A stretch of 64,000 nucleotides of DNA from Eledone cirrhosa (lineage: Eukaryota). A model generated the notes under the pieces. That model was not told where the DNA came from. It saw nothing but the letters and a program-made list of their open reading frames with translations, and did not search any database. Positions 50,336-62,572 of this stretch are shown here, piece after piece. Position 1 is the stretch's first letter. Every line of letters begins with the position of its first letter. A program made the position numbers and the translations under genes. The stretch spans positions 32,612,001-32,676,000 of the forward strand of contig OZ024744.1 of the NCBI GenBank assembly GCA_964016885.1, written 5' to 3'.

Positions 50336-50390
50336 ATATAACGTAAAATATATGCCGGTGAATATGGTATATCGCTATTAATAAGTTAAC

Positions 50391-50460
50391 GGGGTCGATA
50401 AAATAAAGTACCAGTAATGTTGTAGGGTAATTGCTGGCCTTGTGCCAAAAGTAGAAACAA
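50391..50460 (+). mobile_element. SINE 3' fragment
   Basis: GGGGTCGATAAAATAAAGTACCAG...GGCCTTGTGCCAAAAGTAGAAACA, shared with three other copies. Confidence 0.75.
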
Positions 50461-50468
50461 TTTTTAGT

Positions 50469-50548
<80 letters not shown>

Positions 50549-50550
<2 letters not shown>

Positions 50551-50732
50551 CGAAGGAAATGTGGTAAGGAACCAGGTGGACCATAACGCACCAAAGTACT
50601 CAATACTTAGGGTAGTAGAGTGGGTAATAGGAACGAGTAGGACCCCGACGGGTGAGCTCAAGCCGTTTCGACGGTTAATTCTGGACTAGCCGTCGAAACG
50701 GCTTGAGCTCAGCCGTCGGGGTCCTACTCGTT

Positions 50733-50737
<5 letters not shown>
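50549..50737. mobile_element. Solo inverted pair of PLE pseudo-LTR pieces, same family as 49066-50134
   Basis: 50549-50687 is the reverse complement of ~49994-50133. 50688-50737 folds back onto ~50628-50677. (TA)n on both sides. Confidence 0.75.
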
Positions 50738-50809
<72 letters not shown>

Positions 50810-50894
50810 TCTGAATTTGTTTAGCAAGATTCTTTATCTGAAATCGTGTGTTGAAACCGATATTGTTATACTTTGGGAGGGTCATGTTGCCCAT

Positions 50895-52860
50895 ATGGTG
50901 ATGTGGACGAATATAATGCAGCCCAACAAAAGGACTGCCAACAACTTCCAGGCTTGGAACAATGACGTGTCGGCGTTGTATGGGCTTCGAAAAGACCATA
51001 AAACGGGCAGTGACCCTGTCGCGGGACCACCAACACGGCCAGTCTGTGGAGCTAACATTGCTAGTAACTACAGACTGTCCTACTTCCTCTCCCTGATCAT
51101 ACGCCCCATCAATGAAATGTCCCCAGATGTATGTGACAGCACGGTGGACCTCCTCAGCAGAATCGGCGCGAGTAACCGATCTAGGGACCTAACAAACTGC
51201 ATAATAGGTAGTATGGATGTTGTGTCCCTGTATCCATCTATTGACGTGGATTTTGCTGTGGAGAAATGCGTAGAAATGATCAGTGAGAGCAATGTTGAGT
51301 TCCGTGGGATTGATACCAGTGAGCTGGGACTCCTACTTAAACTTACCTATAGTAATAATTACCTAGACACATATGACCTTAGCAATCTGTGCCCTACAAG
51401 ACCAGCAACAGGCAGACCACCTACCATTACCTCAATGGCCAAGAAAACCCACACAGATAGATGGAACGGGTGGACCAGAGCCATACGGACACCCGAAAAC
51501 CACGATGAACTGAAGAAAATGATTGCACATGCGGTAGGGGCCAGCATAAAACTAACCCTTAAGGAACATATGTTCAAATTTAATGGAAAAACATATGCCC
51601 AAGAGGAAGGAGCAGCCATTGGTGTTAGCATTGCAGGCGACATAGCTAACTTATTCATGGTATGGTGGGACAGTAGACTTAAACTTAAACTTAAAGAACA
51701 ATTAGAAGACCCCTTAAACCTGATAATGTACTCCCGCTACGTTGATGATATAAACATCGTAGTTAAGACACCCCCACTAGAGAACAGTCAGGAACTAGAG
51801 AAAAACACAATGGAAAGCATCCAGCAAATAGCTAACTCCATCCACCAGAGCATTAGAGTTACTATAGACTACCCAAGTAAACACCCCAACCATCGATTAC
51901 CTGTACTAGACACAGAGCTCTGGTTAGATACAATTAATAATAAAAAACAAATCCTCCATTCCCATTAGGCCAAACCCATGACTTCCAAACATCTGATCCA
52001 CCGAAACTCGGCCGTTTCGGACCATACCAAAATCAAGATACTGATTGCGGATTTGGTACGGGTGATGAGAAACGTGTCCCGCATGTGCAACCCCAAAGAA
52101 CTAGAGAGACACATACAACACTTCATCCACCGTATGCAGTTGTCTGGCTACAATCAGAGAGATAAAATCAGAGTGTATAGAGGAGCCAGAACCAAATGGG
52201 AAAAAATGGTAAATAATGACATAAATGGGACCTGCTACTTGTATAGGAGCAAATTTTGGAATAGAATAGAAAGAACTAGGAACAAGGCTAATAGAATAAA
52301 CTCATGGTATGATAGCAATAAATACCAGAGTGTAATGTTCATCGATACAACCCCTAGAGGTGAATTAGCTTACAAATTTAGAAGGGCCCTAAATAAACAT
52401 AAACTCAATATTAAAATAGTAGAAAGACCAGGTACCTCCGTAAAAACACTCATTAGCAAGACATACCCTTTTCAAAGACCCTCATGTATAGATAAGAAAT
52501 GTATAACCTGTAAAATAAGCCCCCATATTAACTGTAAAACTAGAAATGTAGTGTATAGCATAAGATGTACCGAAGGACAATCTATAGACAAAAATATAGT
52601 GTACATAGGTGAGACAGCTCGTAGTGAAGGGGAACGGATAAATGAACACTGGCGAGACCTTCAAGATAGTAGAGAATCATCTGTACTCTACCAACATGCT
52701 AAAATAGAACACAAGGGTAAACTAGAGAACATAGAAATAAAAAATAGAATCTACACACAGAAAAGACGCAATGTTTAGACAAATTACAGAGGCAATAAAC
52801 AAAAGAATTACAACCAAAATTAAATAGAAAATATGAGTGGAACAGCAACATCACAACTTA
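50895..52860 (+). pseudogene. PLE reverse transcriptase + GIY-YIG endonuclease
   Basis: LYGLRKDHK, RPVC, SMDVVSLYPSI, GAAIG, RYVDD, LPVLD, then an in-frame TAG at 51966-51968, C..KCITC..C..NVVY...YIGETAR...ER..EH. Frameshift near 52745. Confidence 0.9.
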
Positions 52861-53068
52861 CAATTAAGGACAAAATGAAAACACACACACACACAGAACA
52901 AACAACCAACCAGTAACATGTAAATAAACAAATAAATAAATGAACATAAACACACACAGACACCCGGATGTGGCGCTTGCGCAGACTGAGCACACAACAC
53001 ACACACAGAAACAAAATGGCGTAGGACAGAATAAAGGAGAGGCACAGAAACAAAGAAAGGAATCCCCA

Positions 53069-53111
53069 GTCACTGAAGAGGTCACAGAGTGTGTGACGAA
53101 AGAACTATGAC
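53069..53111 (+). ncRNA. Minimal type I hammerhead ribozyme motif
   Basis: GTCA-CTGAAGA-G-GTCACA(GAGTG)TGTGAC-GAAA-GAAC-TA-TGAC: stem I GTCA/TGAC, 6-bp stem II, minimal stem III, one extra G after the core. Confidence 0.75.
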
Positions 53112-53252
53112 AATATATAAACAACTATCTGGTTGTGGAACCAACCAACCAACCAGAAATTTATAAATTTATTATAAATTTATTATAATAAATTGAAGTG
53201 AAAGCAACTGGTGCGTGTGTTTCTTATTGGCAACATGACCCTCCCAAAGTAT

Positions 53253-53324
<72 letters not shown>

Positions 53325-53485
53325 TACCCCCGGCATTCGCGACCCCGGTTATTGCGGTACCGGTTACTCGCTGAAATTTCCTTAGAACCTAATTAATAAT
53401 TGTTCGTGGAAAACACTAAATATTCGCGGAATCGTAAATATTTTTCGCTATTTTTTATGGCCTTTTTTAGCGTTAAATTATTAAC

Positions 53486-53672
53486 TGTTTCTCCTTTTAG
53501 CACAAGGCCAACAAATTACCCAGTACATTACTGGTACTTTATTTTATCGACCCCGTAAAGTGAAAGGCAAAGTTAACCTCGGCGGCATTTGAACTCAGAT
53601 CATAAAGGGTCATAACGATATGCTCAAAACATGGCGCCAGACCCTCTACTGATACTGCCAATCCACCGACCT
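53486..53672 (-). mobile_element. tRNA-derived SINE (Meta-domain-like core)
   Basis: Minus strand has A-box-like TGGCAGTATCAG, B-box GAGTTCAAATGCC, core GCCGAGGTTAACTTTGCCTTTCA...GGGGTCGATAAAATAAAGTACC. Confidence 0.75.
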
Positions 53673-54264
53673 TGTATGTATTATTAATAATAAAAAGGAC
53701 GTTTATTGAGGTGTGAGACGCGTTTCGCGATTGATCAGCTCAAGGCTCGATCTTTATCGATCTGCCGAGTCTACAGTTGCAGACACTTGTCCAAGCTGGA
53801 GTTAAACATGTCTGAAAAAAGAACCACGTTGTTGTGAGGCGAGCTCCATTACCATACATGGCACTTTCATTACTTTTATTAATATTTATTCATATGGTGT
53901 TGTTGTTGTTGTTGTTGTTGATGCGGTTGTTGTTGTTGTTGTCGTTCTTTTTGTTGGACGTCTTGGTACATATGTTAAAACAATTTGTGACACACCATTT
54001 ATTTTATAGCCACTAATGAAACCAACAGAGACAGGTAGGTAGGCTACCGGGGTACCGGGGTTGTGATGTAGGGGGTGGGAGAAGGATGAGGAAGAAAGTG
54101 GGGACACTGATGGAGAAGTCGTCACGCTTGGCTGGTGGCGTTTGACGGTAGTCATATCATCAGATCAAAAAAAAAAAAAGAAATTCAGTAGCTCGGACTG
54201 ACAGTACCACTTAGCAACCACGTGCATATGTGTGTGTGTGTGAGTGTGTGTGTGTGTGTGTCTG

Positions 54265-54326
<62 letters not shown>

Positions 54327-54432
54327 CACACACACACATATACATATATACACACATATATATATATGTGTGTGTGTGCGTGTGTGTGTGTGTGTGTGAA
54401 TATATAAGTTCAGCTCATCACTTTCGCTGCAT

Positions 54433-54464
<32 letters not shown>

Positions 54465-54654
54465 CACACACACATATATATATACGTATGTGTGTGTGCG
54501 TGAGTTTGTGTGTGAGTGTGTGTAAGTGAATGTATGTGTGTGTTTGAGTGTGTGTGTAATGTGTGTGTGCATGTGTGTGTGCATGTGAGTGTGTTTATTC
54601 TAGCGCGAACACGCGAGCTTATAGATATCATTTCCTTGTTATATAGGTGCACAC

Positions 54655-54656
<2 letters not shown>

Positions 54657-54718
<62 letters not shown>
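54657..54718. repeat. (GATA)n microsatellite with no Tx1 insertion
   Basis: Directly visible. Confidence 0.95.
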
Positions 54719-54719
<1 letters not shown>

Positions 54720-54819
54720 GAGACAGAGAGAGTGAGAGAGAGGGGGGAATGGACAGACAGACAACATAAATACATACAAAATAGAAAAAAAGATGAGTTG
54801 ATAAAAATACCGAGCATAC

Positions 54820-55490
54820 TACAGTGATGGTTGGATACAAGCCTGGCAATGTGATTTGGGGGACAGGATGTTGCCCATGCAGCATTCCCCCTCCCACTCT
54901 CCTCAATGCTGCTGGATCCAAAGGAACAGTGCGACTGGTACAGTTCGGCAGCTGAGCTCCCGCAGGAGCTGCCAGAACGAAGCTGTAATCAACGACAAAC
55001 TGGTTTAGGGGTTCCTACTCCGGATTTTTCCACAAATTTTACTCCTGAAGCCTTTCCATGGCTGGATATCACTTCAAGGCAGCAGTTGTTTGGATTCAGA
55101 GTTTTCCTCCTCCTAGATGGACTTATTTCCATCTGGCCCTATGTCGCAGGTAGTACTGGGTTAAATGGTAACCAGTAGTAGGAAAATTCAGGGAAACAAG
55201 AAAAACCTGACCTGATTCTAACTCAGATATGTACCTGAGCGCTGAGCTGGCTAGCCACAGATGTGAGCCTCGCCAAATGGAATGGCCCTTCCAGTGCATC
55301 TGCCATCCTCCGCGGAAATGCCTTCTCCATTTTGTTCACCGGGGCCGTGGGGTGGCCGGCACGTGGGACCCCATTTGTTCATAATAGAGAGAGATGGGGA
55401 GAGACAGAGAGATGGAGGTGATGACAGTGGGAGTTTGGCTCTTCCGTGTTCGGTCCTGGTGTACAGCATCAGTTATCCGTAAGGAGGTAG
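54820..55490 (-). mobile_element. RTE-related non-coding repeat (second family)
   Basis: Contains the same CTAGGAGGAGGAAAACTCTGA motif (~55097-55117, minus strand). GC-rich island without a credible ORF; boundaries approximate. Confidence 0.5.
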
Positions 55491-55542
55491 TGATTCATCT
55501 ACTATTATAGAGTAGATATCTAGATATCTGCCTTATTGTTGC

Positions 55543-55921
55543 TGTAGTGGGAAAAAGCTATCTCACTTACCGCTTTTCAAAGGCGCCGCTCTGATCTCCA
55601 CTGCATGGTAGTTTGAATACCATTTCGTGTACGTCCTTCTTCCTCGGTTGGCCGTCTCTATCCACGTATCAACAGTCCCATATCGTTTTGCTCTTTTCAC
55701 TAGCGCTGCTATCGTCCTGCTCCTTACTCCTCGCCTGCCTGCTTCCGACTGCCTAGCACCGGGAGATCCCAAACTGGCGTTTACGCCGTTGCTAGGTACT
55801 ACGCTAGGTACTGCCCAAACTTGCGTTCACCCCGTTGCTAGACACTGCCCAAACTGGCGTTCGCCCCGTTGCTAGGCACCACTAGGCACCTGCAGCCACC
55901 GCTCGCCACACCATACCCACA
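55543..55921 (-). repeat. 3' LTR (379 bp)
   Basis: Direct repeat of 59125-59458 with an extra 46 bp at 55796-55841. Confidence 0.93.
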
Positions 55922-55934
55922 CGCCCCCCTGATC

Positions 55935-58230
55935 TCAAGGATCAATTTCCTCATCGTCTCTCTGCATGTGGAAGTCTGCTGTCCAGGTTGGTGGTCTACG
56001 ACATCGTTGCGATCTCCGTAGTATTGGGGCAGGGCTCTGAGTTTCCACCTCATCTTGGGTTTCCTCTTCCTCGGAGTCCGTCGACACAGTGACTCTTCTT
56101 ACATCCAGGACATGACGTGGTACCCCGTCCACGGACACATTGTTCTTTGAATTTACGGCCGTCACTGTTCCCCTTCCCCATTGAGATGTGCAACGTGTAT
56201 CTGGGGGCTTAACCCAGACTTCTTCGTCCACCTGCACGAATGCACTCTCTTTCCTCACTGGCCGTTGTGGTGGCGTGCACAGGTGCCTCCACTCGTATTT
56301 GAATACTGCTCTGTGTGGCACCGATTCCTCGACCTGTCCAACCCGAGGGGACATGTTGTACCAGAACACGGCCTCCATTGGTGAGACATGGCCCCGCTCC
56401 GCCATTGCCTTGATCGTCCGGTGGTGTCGCTCCACGATTCCATTCCCGCTCGGCCTGTGCGCCGCTCTGAAGAAACGGTCCACCTTCCATCCATCGAGCA
56501 TCCCCCTCAGTGCCTCCGAGCGGAACGCTGCGCCGTTGTCCATCAGCAGTTCGTCCACAGGGCCCGCTCCAAGAACACCTCTCTCAACGTCCGCACGATT
56601 TCCTCGGCCGTTCCAGTCCTCATCTCCCTCCATATCGCCATTCGACCTGGTCCACAGTCGACCATCGAGAGGTACGTTCCCTGACGGTAGTGAGTCACAT
56701 CCACCGCTAATCGCTTCCAGTCGCGATCCACCGGGAGGCTTCCCGTTTCGTGTACATGATTGCAGTCGTCCTTCTTTCTAAGCAAGGCTGCATCCTATCT
56801 CCAACGTGACACCCAGCGCTATGCTGCTGGCATCGCACCACACGGTCCCGCTCTGTGATTTGGGAACATACCAGCGTCCCCGCACTAGGTCGTCGGCCTT
56901 CACCCTTCCCACGATCTCCTGTATCATGGCCATCGTCCTCTCTCCCACTCTGTCACTCCTCCCGCTCGTCTCTTGACATAGTTGCATGCCGTCCGGAGCC
57001 ACCCAGCGATCGGGTAGTGACCCACCAGCTTTCCGCACACCGAGAAAAGCACCCGCCTACACATACTTTGGCCCAGTTCCGGAACTTCGTTTCCTCTCTG
57101 GAATACCAAAACGCCCGTCTTGTCTCGCCGTAGCCTAAGTCCCAGCGCGGCTCCTCCCTCCAATGCTTCTGACGGCTTCGCAGTCAGTCCGTACCCCTGT
57201 AAATGGCTCGTGACCTCCGCCGCCGACACCACCGACTCGTCCACTAAGATGTCGTCAATATAGGAGTTAGTAGCCCTCTTTATCTTGTCAGCCTTCCCCA
57301 GAACGGTCTTGAGGACCGCCGACATGATCTTCGGTGCGGAGCTCAGCCCGAAACCGAGCCTGGTCAGGCAATATGTCCGGCCCTTATACCTGACCAGCTG
57401 ATACCGCCAGAGCTTCTCAGCTATATGCAACTGCAAGTAAGCCGACTTTAAGTCTACGATCGCTGAACCCCCCGTCATGAGTCTTCACTCACGCAGGGTT
57501 TCCCCGCAGATATCCGTGACCTCGCCACCCGTGTGGCATGACACGTGTTCGTTCAGCTCCCGATAGTCCAGCACCGGCCTCACCTTGCTCTTCGTGGGTT
57601 GCACCACCGCCATTAACGGCAATACTCCGCACTTCACCTCCTCCTTCCAGGGAAGCAGTATGCCCCCTTCGATCCATCTCTCTACTTCTCGCTCGAACTT
57701 GCTCCTAACGTTTCCCTTCAATGTGTGTTGATAGCAGCCCACTTTGGTCTTCAGTGTTGGTGGTTCTCCCTTCCAGTACCACTCAACAACCCATCGCTGC
57801 CCATCAAACACGGCCTTGAAGTCTTTGTCCTGCACAGTGTAAGCGGGGTATTCCTCCTCGTGGGCCTTCTGGTTCTCATGACGTGCACTCACTGCGCATG
57901 CCGATGCAGCGGCGCCAAACGACACACCGACGTTGTCCACCGTGACACCTCCTAAACGGCCAATCGCGTCCATGCCCATAACCACGCCGATCCCATCCAC
58001 CATACTGTCTACTACGATGGCCGAAAGCTTTATCCTCCTTCCCCGTACCGCTATTTCCACCTCGCTGCGACCTCGGCATTCGATTTTCCTGCCGTCGACT
58101 GCCCTTACACTGCTCTTCCCTCCCCACCTCTGCGCCACCCCCGCGGTCACCAGTGTCGTCGTACAGCCCGTGTCCACGAGGGCTCACTGTGGCTTCCCCC
58201 TCACGAAGACTTCCACCACGGGCAGCGCCG
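55935..58230 (-). pseudogene. pol: Gypsy pol (protease, RT, partial RNase H, integrase)
   Basis: LVDTGC, RPVLDYRELN, DLKSAYLQ, GFGLSSAP, YIDDIL, WCDAS, VDVTH...MVDC, DNGAAF, GNGIVERHHRTIK. Deletion between RNase H and integrase near 56780. Confidence 0.88.
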
Positions 58231-58992
58231 CTACTCGTAAGGGGCAACTACCGGCGCAGTAGTTCCACTTGGATCGTTTCCCTGGTCACAGTTAGTAGCG
58301 ATGTGGACTGGTCGCTTACACCGGTAGCAAATTATCTCCGGCCTCAACTCTTTACAGTCTCTAGCCATGTGCGGACCATGGCAACGAAAACAGCGCCCTC
58401 TAAACGTTCGCGTGCGACCGCGTGCCGAGGTTGACTCCCTTTCACCGTTTCGCTGCCAGGTGTCCTGAGCCTCCGTAGTTGCTATCGCCGCAACACTCTT
58501 TTTGGCATCTTCTGCTATGATCCGGGCTTGTTCCACCAGTGAACTGATTTCCATCTCTTTATAACCCGGGACTTACTGCAGCCTCACCGCTATGTCGTCT
58601 GGAAATCCATTAATGAACGCCAACCGCACCGTGCGTTCGCATTCCGCCTGATAACCAGCCAACATGGCCAACCGCCTTATTTCCGCTGCGAAAATGTCGA
58701 CGCCTTCACCATTCCTCCTAATTCTCGCCAGCTTAGCAAAAGCTGCCAACGGTCCCTCGGCGAATGCATCTATCAGACGCCGCTCAATCTTCTGCGCATC
58801 TCTTTGGCTGTGCTCGTCCAACTCAAGGAAGAGTACCAGCGCGTCTCCCTCGAGGTAGAATGCCATTTGGCCAGCCACATCCTCTATCTTCTGCAAGCTT
58901 GCGACCAGCCGAACTTTCCGCAGCCAAGCGATTACATCACCCTCCCCGGTAAATGCCCTGATGGCTTCGCTCGTCCGTACTCTTGTCGCCAT
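58231..58992 (-). pseudogene. gag: Gypsy gag with two CCHC knuckles, one internal stop
   Basis: FTGEGDVIAWLRKV...; CFRCHGPHMARDC and CYRCKRPVHIATNC. Confidence 0.85.
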
Positions 58993-59124
58993 CTTCTGAT
59001 TTGTCTAGCGGTAAGTGACACAAAAAAAAAAAAAACCAACAAAAGAATCCTCTCTGTTTTTCCAGTAGCTTTTTCTTCTTTCTTCTTTGTTCCGTCAGAT
59101 CTGTTTCCAGTGGCCGATATAGCT

Positions 59125-59458
59125 TGTGGTGGGAAAAAAGCTATCTCACTTACCGCTTTTCAAAGGCGCCGCTCTGATCTCTACTGCATGGTAGTTTGAA
59201 GACCATTTCGTGTACGTCCTTCTTCCTCGGTTGGCCGTCTCTATCCACGTATCAACAATCCCATATCGTTTTGCTCTTTTCACTAGCGCTGCTATCGTCC
59301 TGCTCCTTACTCCTCGCCTGCCTGCTTCCGACTGCCTAGCACCGGGAGATCCCAAACTGGCGTTTACGCCGTTGCTAGACACTGCCCAAACTGGCGTTCG
59401 CCCCGTTGCTAGGCACCACTAGGCGCCTGCAGCCACCGCACGCCACACCATACCCACA
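59125..59458 (-). repeat. 5' LTR (334 bp)
   Basis: Direct repeat of 55543-55921. Confidence 0.93.
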
Positions 59459-59473
59459 CTTGCCATGGAAAAT

Positions 59474-59627
59474 GACGCCGTTATGTGGAGTCATAGTTAC
59501 GTCCCTTTACGATCTAAGTTCAAATCCCGCCGAGGTTGACTTTGCCTTTCATCCTTACGGGGTCGATACAATAAAGTACCAGTAATGCACTGGGTAATTG
59601 CTGGCCTTGTGCCTAAAGTAGAAACAG
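59474..59627 (+). mobile_element. tRNA-derived SINE, 5'-truncated
   Basis: B-box GTTCAAATCC, then the same core and 3' end as the other copies. Confidence 0.75.
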
Positions 59628-59877
59628 TTATGTGGAGTGCACATGAACGAAACAGGCCTAAACTAATTTATCTAACATATGAGAATTTCGAAGGAAGGTG
59701 ATGGTGAAAGAACTGTAGCAAAACAGCGGCTGGCGTTCATTTTGATATGATGTGTGAGTATATCTGTATGCGTGTATTTGTGTGAATGTATGTGTATGTT
59801 TGTGCAAATGTATGTGTATTTGTGAATGTATGTTTGTGAGTGTGTCTGTGTTTACGTGTTTATATTTATGTATTGAT

Positions 59878-60309
59878 ACACATATACACACACGCACACA
59901 TATATACACACACGCACGCACATATACACAGACGCACATATATATACACACGCGCACACACATATACACACATGCACACACATACACACACGCGCGCACA
60001 CATATACACACACGCACACACATATACACCCACGCACACACATATACACACACGCACACACATATACACACACGCACACAGATATACACACACGCACACA
60101 CATATACACACAGGCACATATATATACACACACGCACACACATATACATACACGCGCACACATATACACACACGCACACAGATATACACACACGCACACA
60201 GATATACACACACGCACACACATATACACACAGGTACATATATATACACACACGCACACACATATACATACGCGCACATACATACACACACACGCGCACA
60301 CATATACAT
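59878..60309. repeat. 20-bp-unit minisatellite (CATATACACACACGCACACA)
   Basis: Strict 20-bp register; variant units recur 120 bp apart (60111 and 60231). Confidence 0.9.
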
Positions 60310-60740
60310 CAGCGTGTTGAAAAGACTTCTAGTGAACAAAAATCCTTAAGAAAAGGAGCGGGGTAGGGTGGGATCAACCTGTCATGTCAACAATTTTATT
60401 CTCCAAGAATGTGACACAAGTAAATCCAAAGACGAAGTCTACGGCGATACAACTGTATTAGTAATGATATAAATAAATATGTCATCAGCAGAAATGTGTG
60501 TCTTTCTAAAATCTTTTCTTTTTCAAAGCAACAATGAATGGGGATAAAAACTGAGGAGAACGCTACTTTTAGAGAGTAGCGTTCTTTTCTTCTTTCCTAC
60601 TTTTCTCGTGGTTTCCGGCAATATAACCTAAATTGAAGACCACACGTACACATTCCGTTTGTTTATGTTGTTGGTGCTGCTGTTGTTGTTATCTCTGACT
60701 TAACTTAGTGTTTCATTACATTGTTGTACGACTGTTAATG

Positions 60741-60807
<67 letters not shown>

Positions 60808-60831
60808 ATGCTGCTGCTGCTTAATAATAAT

Positions 60832-61020
60832 TGTTTCTACTTTTGGCACAAGGCCAGCAATTATCCAGTACATTACTGGTACTTTATTTTATAGACCCCG
60901 TAAGGATGAAAGGCAAAGTTAACCTCGGGGCGATATGAACTCAGAATGGCAAGGGGCGTAACTCTATGCCTCAAAGCATGGCGTCCGATCCTCTACCGAT
61001 ACTGCCAATCCACCTCGGCT
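60832..61020 (-). mobile_element. tRNA-derived SINE with (ATT)/(TAG)n tail
   Basis: Homologous to 53486-53672; (CTA)n tract at ~60743-60807. Confidence 0.75.
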
Positions 61021-61032
61021 TGATAATAATGA

Positions 61033-62572
61033 TTTCATTTATTGGCCACAAGGGCCGACATATAGGGGACAATACAAAAGACTGGGACTGGGGTTTTACA
61101 GAAAAATCGAGTAAACAATATGAATAACAATAGCAAAGTAACAATAAAATTGCAACAAGAAAAATTCCCCAATAGGGGGGATGACCACCCAGGATTCGCT
61201 CAGGTACCCCACCAATCCTGAACGACCCGACGCTTCGAGAACACCCTGGAAGGGCACCTCTCTCATCTTCAAATTTACCTACCTATAGCCGCATGACCAG
61301 AGTAGGCCCACTCACAGGGGCCATTCTCGCCACATTCACCCACCTTTCAGTAAATGTACTGCGGGGCAGCACTTCTCTCTCCACCCTCACCTTCCTTTCC
61401 AAGTGAAACTTGAAAAAGTTGATGAGGGATTGGCCGAAGAGAAAAGTGTCTGTCTTCAGTCCTTTCAACCTCGTCCACCATACAACCTCTTTCGCTACTG
61501 CCACCAGACAGAGGGAAATTGCCTGCCCTTCCTGGCCAAAAGAAGGCGGCGGGTCGATCTTCACTGTGGACTCAGCCGATAGCCGGATCCGTTCTACTCG
61601 CGACAACAGCTGTTCGACATAACTCCACAAGTCAGTAATGCACGGACACTGGACGAGTACAATCAGAACGGTTTCGTCGCTCTGCGTGCATCTCGGGCAG
61701 GTCCGTCTGACAGCACTTCCGTGCCTGTAGAGTTTATCTCGAACCGGCAGTGCCCCCCGGTAGCACTGCCAAGCGAGGGAATTTTGGGAAATTATCCATC
61801 GTCCCCGGCTCGAAAGACCTCCGGAACAGACTGGTTAGTTCGAATTCGTTAGTTCGAATTCCCAGAGCCTCTCCGAGTGCGTCGTCGCCCTTTGCTACCA
61901 CTAATCCTCTATAGAACTCGAGAGTGGAAGTTCCACTGACGGCATTGCCAGCCTGGTAGAGGGCAGTGAGTGTCTGGCAACATTCCAGATGCCAGTCACC
62001 CAGTCTCGGTCTCTTCTTGACCCAGGACTGCAGCTCAGTCAAAGAAACGAGCTGCAGAAAGGCCCGTCTGACAAGCGACGACCACACCTGTTCACCGTTT
62101 AGGCAGAATATCTGGAGATGCCGCAGCCTCAGCGTGTGTCTGCGCACCATTAAACACGGCATACCCATCCCTCTATGTAGAGGGTGCTGGCAGCAGAAGG
62201 ACCGCCTCACCAATGGAACCTGACCCCTCCACAAGAATTTGAAGAGGAGCTGCTCCAAGATGGCGAGGTGCGAACGGGCAAGGGACGACGGTCAGACGGT
62301 AGTAGATGACGGACGCGACGTACACATTCGCCATCTCCACCCGACCTTTCAGTGACAGCTTCCTCGCAGGCCATTTCTGGGTGAGACTGGCTATCCTGAT
62401 CGTCACCTCGTCCCGATTCTTATCCATCTGGCAGTCTGGAACGAACCAAACCCCGAGTCACTTTACCGGTCCGTCTGTTGTTGGACGACATGGACTTGCC
62501 TCTCCAGGTGCTGAGCTGCAAGCCCACAACTTTTGCGGGTTAAGTTTCGCTCCCATCAACCTTTCATATTCC
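61033..62572 (-). mobile_element. Tx1-type LINE unit L, 5'-truncated, divergent (ATT)n-associated subfamily
   Basis: ORF2 remnants (KLSLKGRVE.AN.YVASVIYYRLTVVPCP; KEVVWWTRLKGL; stop 61283-61285), AATAAA at 61038-61043, trinucleotide tracts on both sides. Confidence 0.9.

Larger units (their letters stand above)
50807..53260 (+). mobile_element. Penelope-like element (C-terminal GIY-YIG, possibly Hydra clade), 5'-truncated, with inverted 5' pLTR
   Basis: RT and GIY-YIG frames. 50860-50891 is the reverse complement of 53229-53260. Hammerhead in the 3' UTR; inserted in (TA)n. Confidence 0.9.
55543..59458 (-). mobile_element. Ty3/Gypsy LTR retrotransposon, decayed and internally deleted
   Basis: Two TG...CA LTRs, order gag-PR-RT-RH-IN, PPT at 55922-55939 (GAGATCAGGGGGGCG on minus), 5-bp TSD GTTGC/CTTGC with one mismatch. 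Confidence 0.93.

Noticed and set aside
51966-51968. In-frame stop in the PLE ORF as possible recoding or selenocysteine
   Set aside because: It is TAG, not TGA, at a position where Tyr would be expected before KPM, and the copy has another frameshift; simple decay.
59878-60309. Regularly spaced repeats as a possible CRISPR array
   Set aside because: No unique spacers and no cas genes; a eukaryotic minisatellite.
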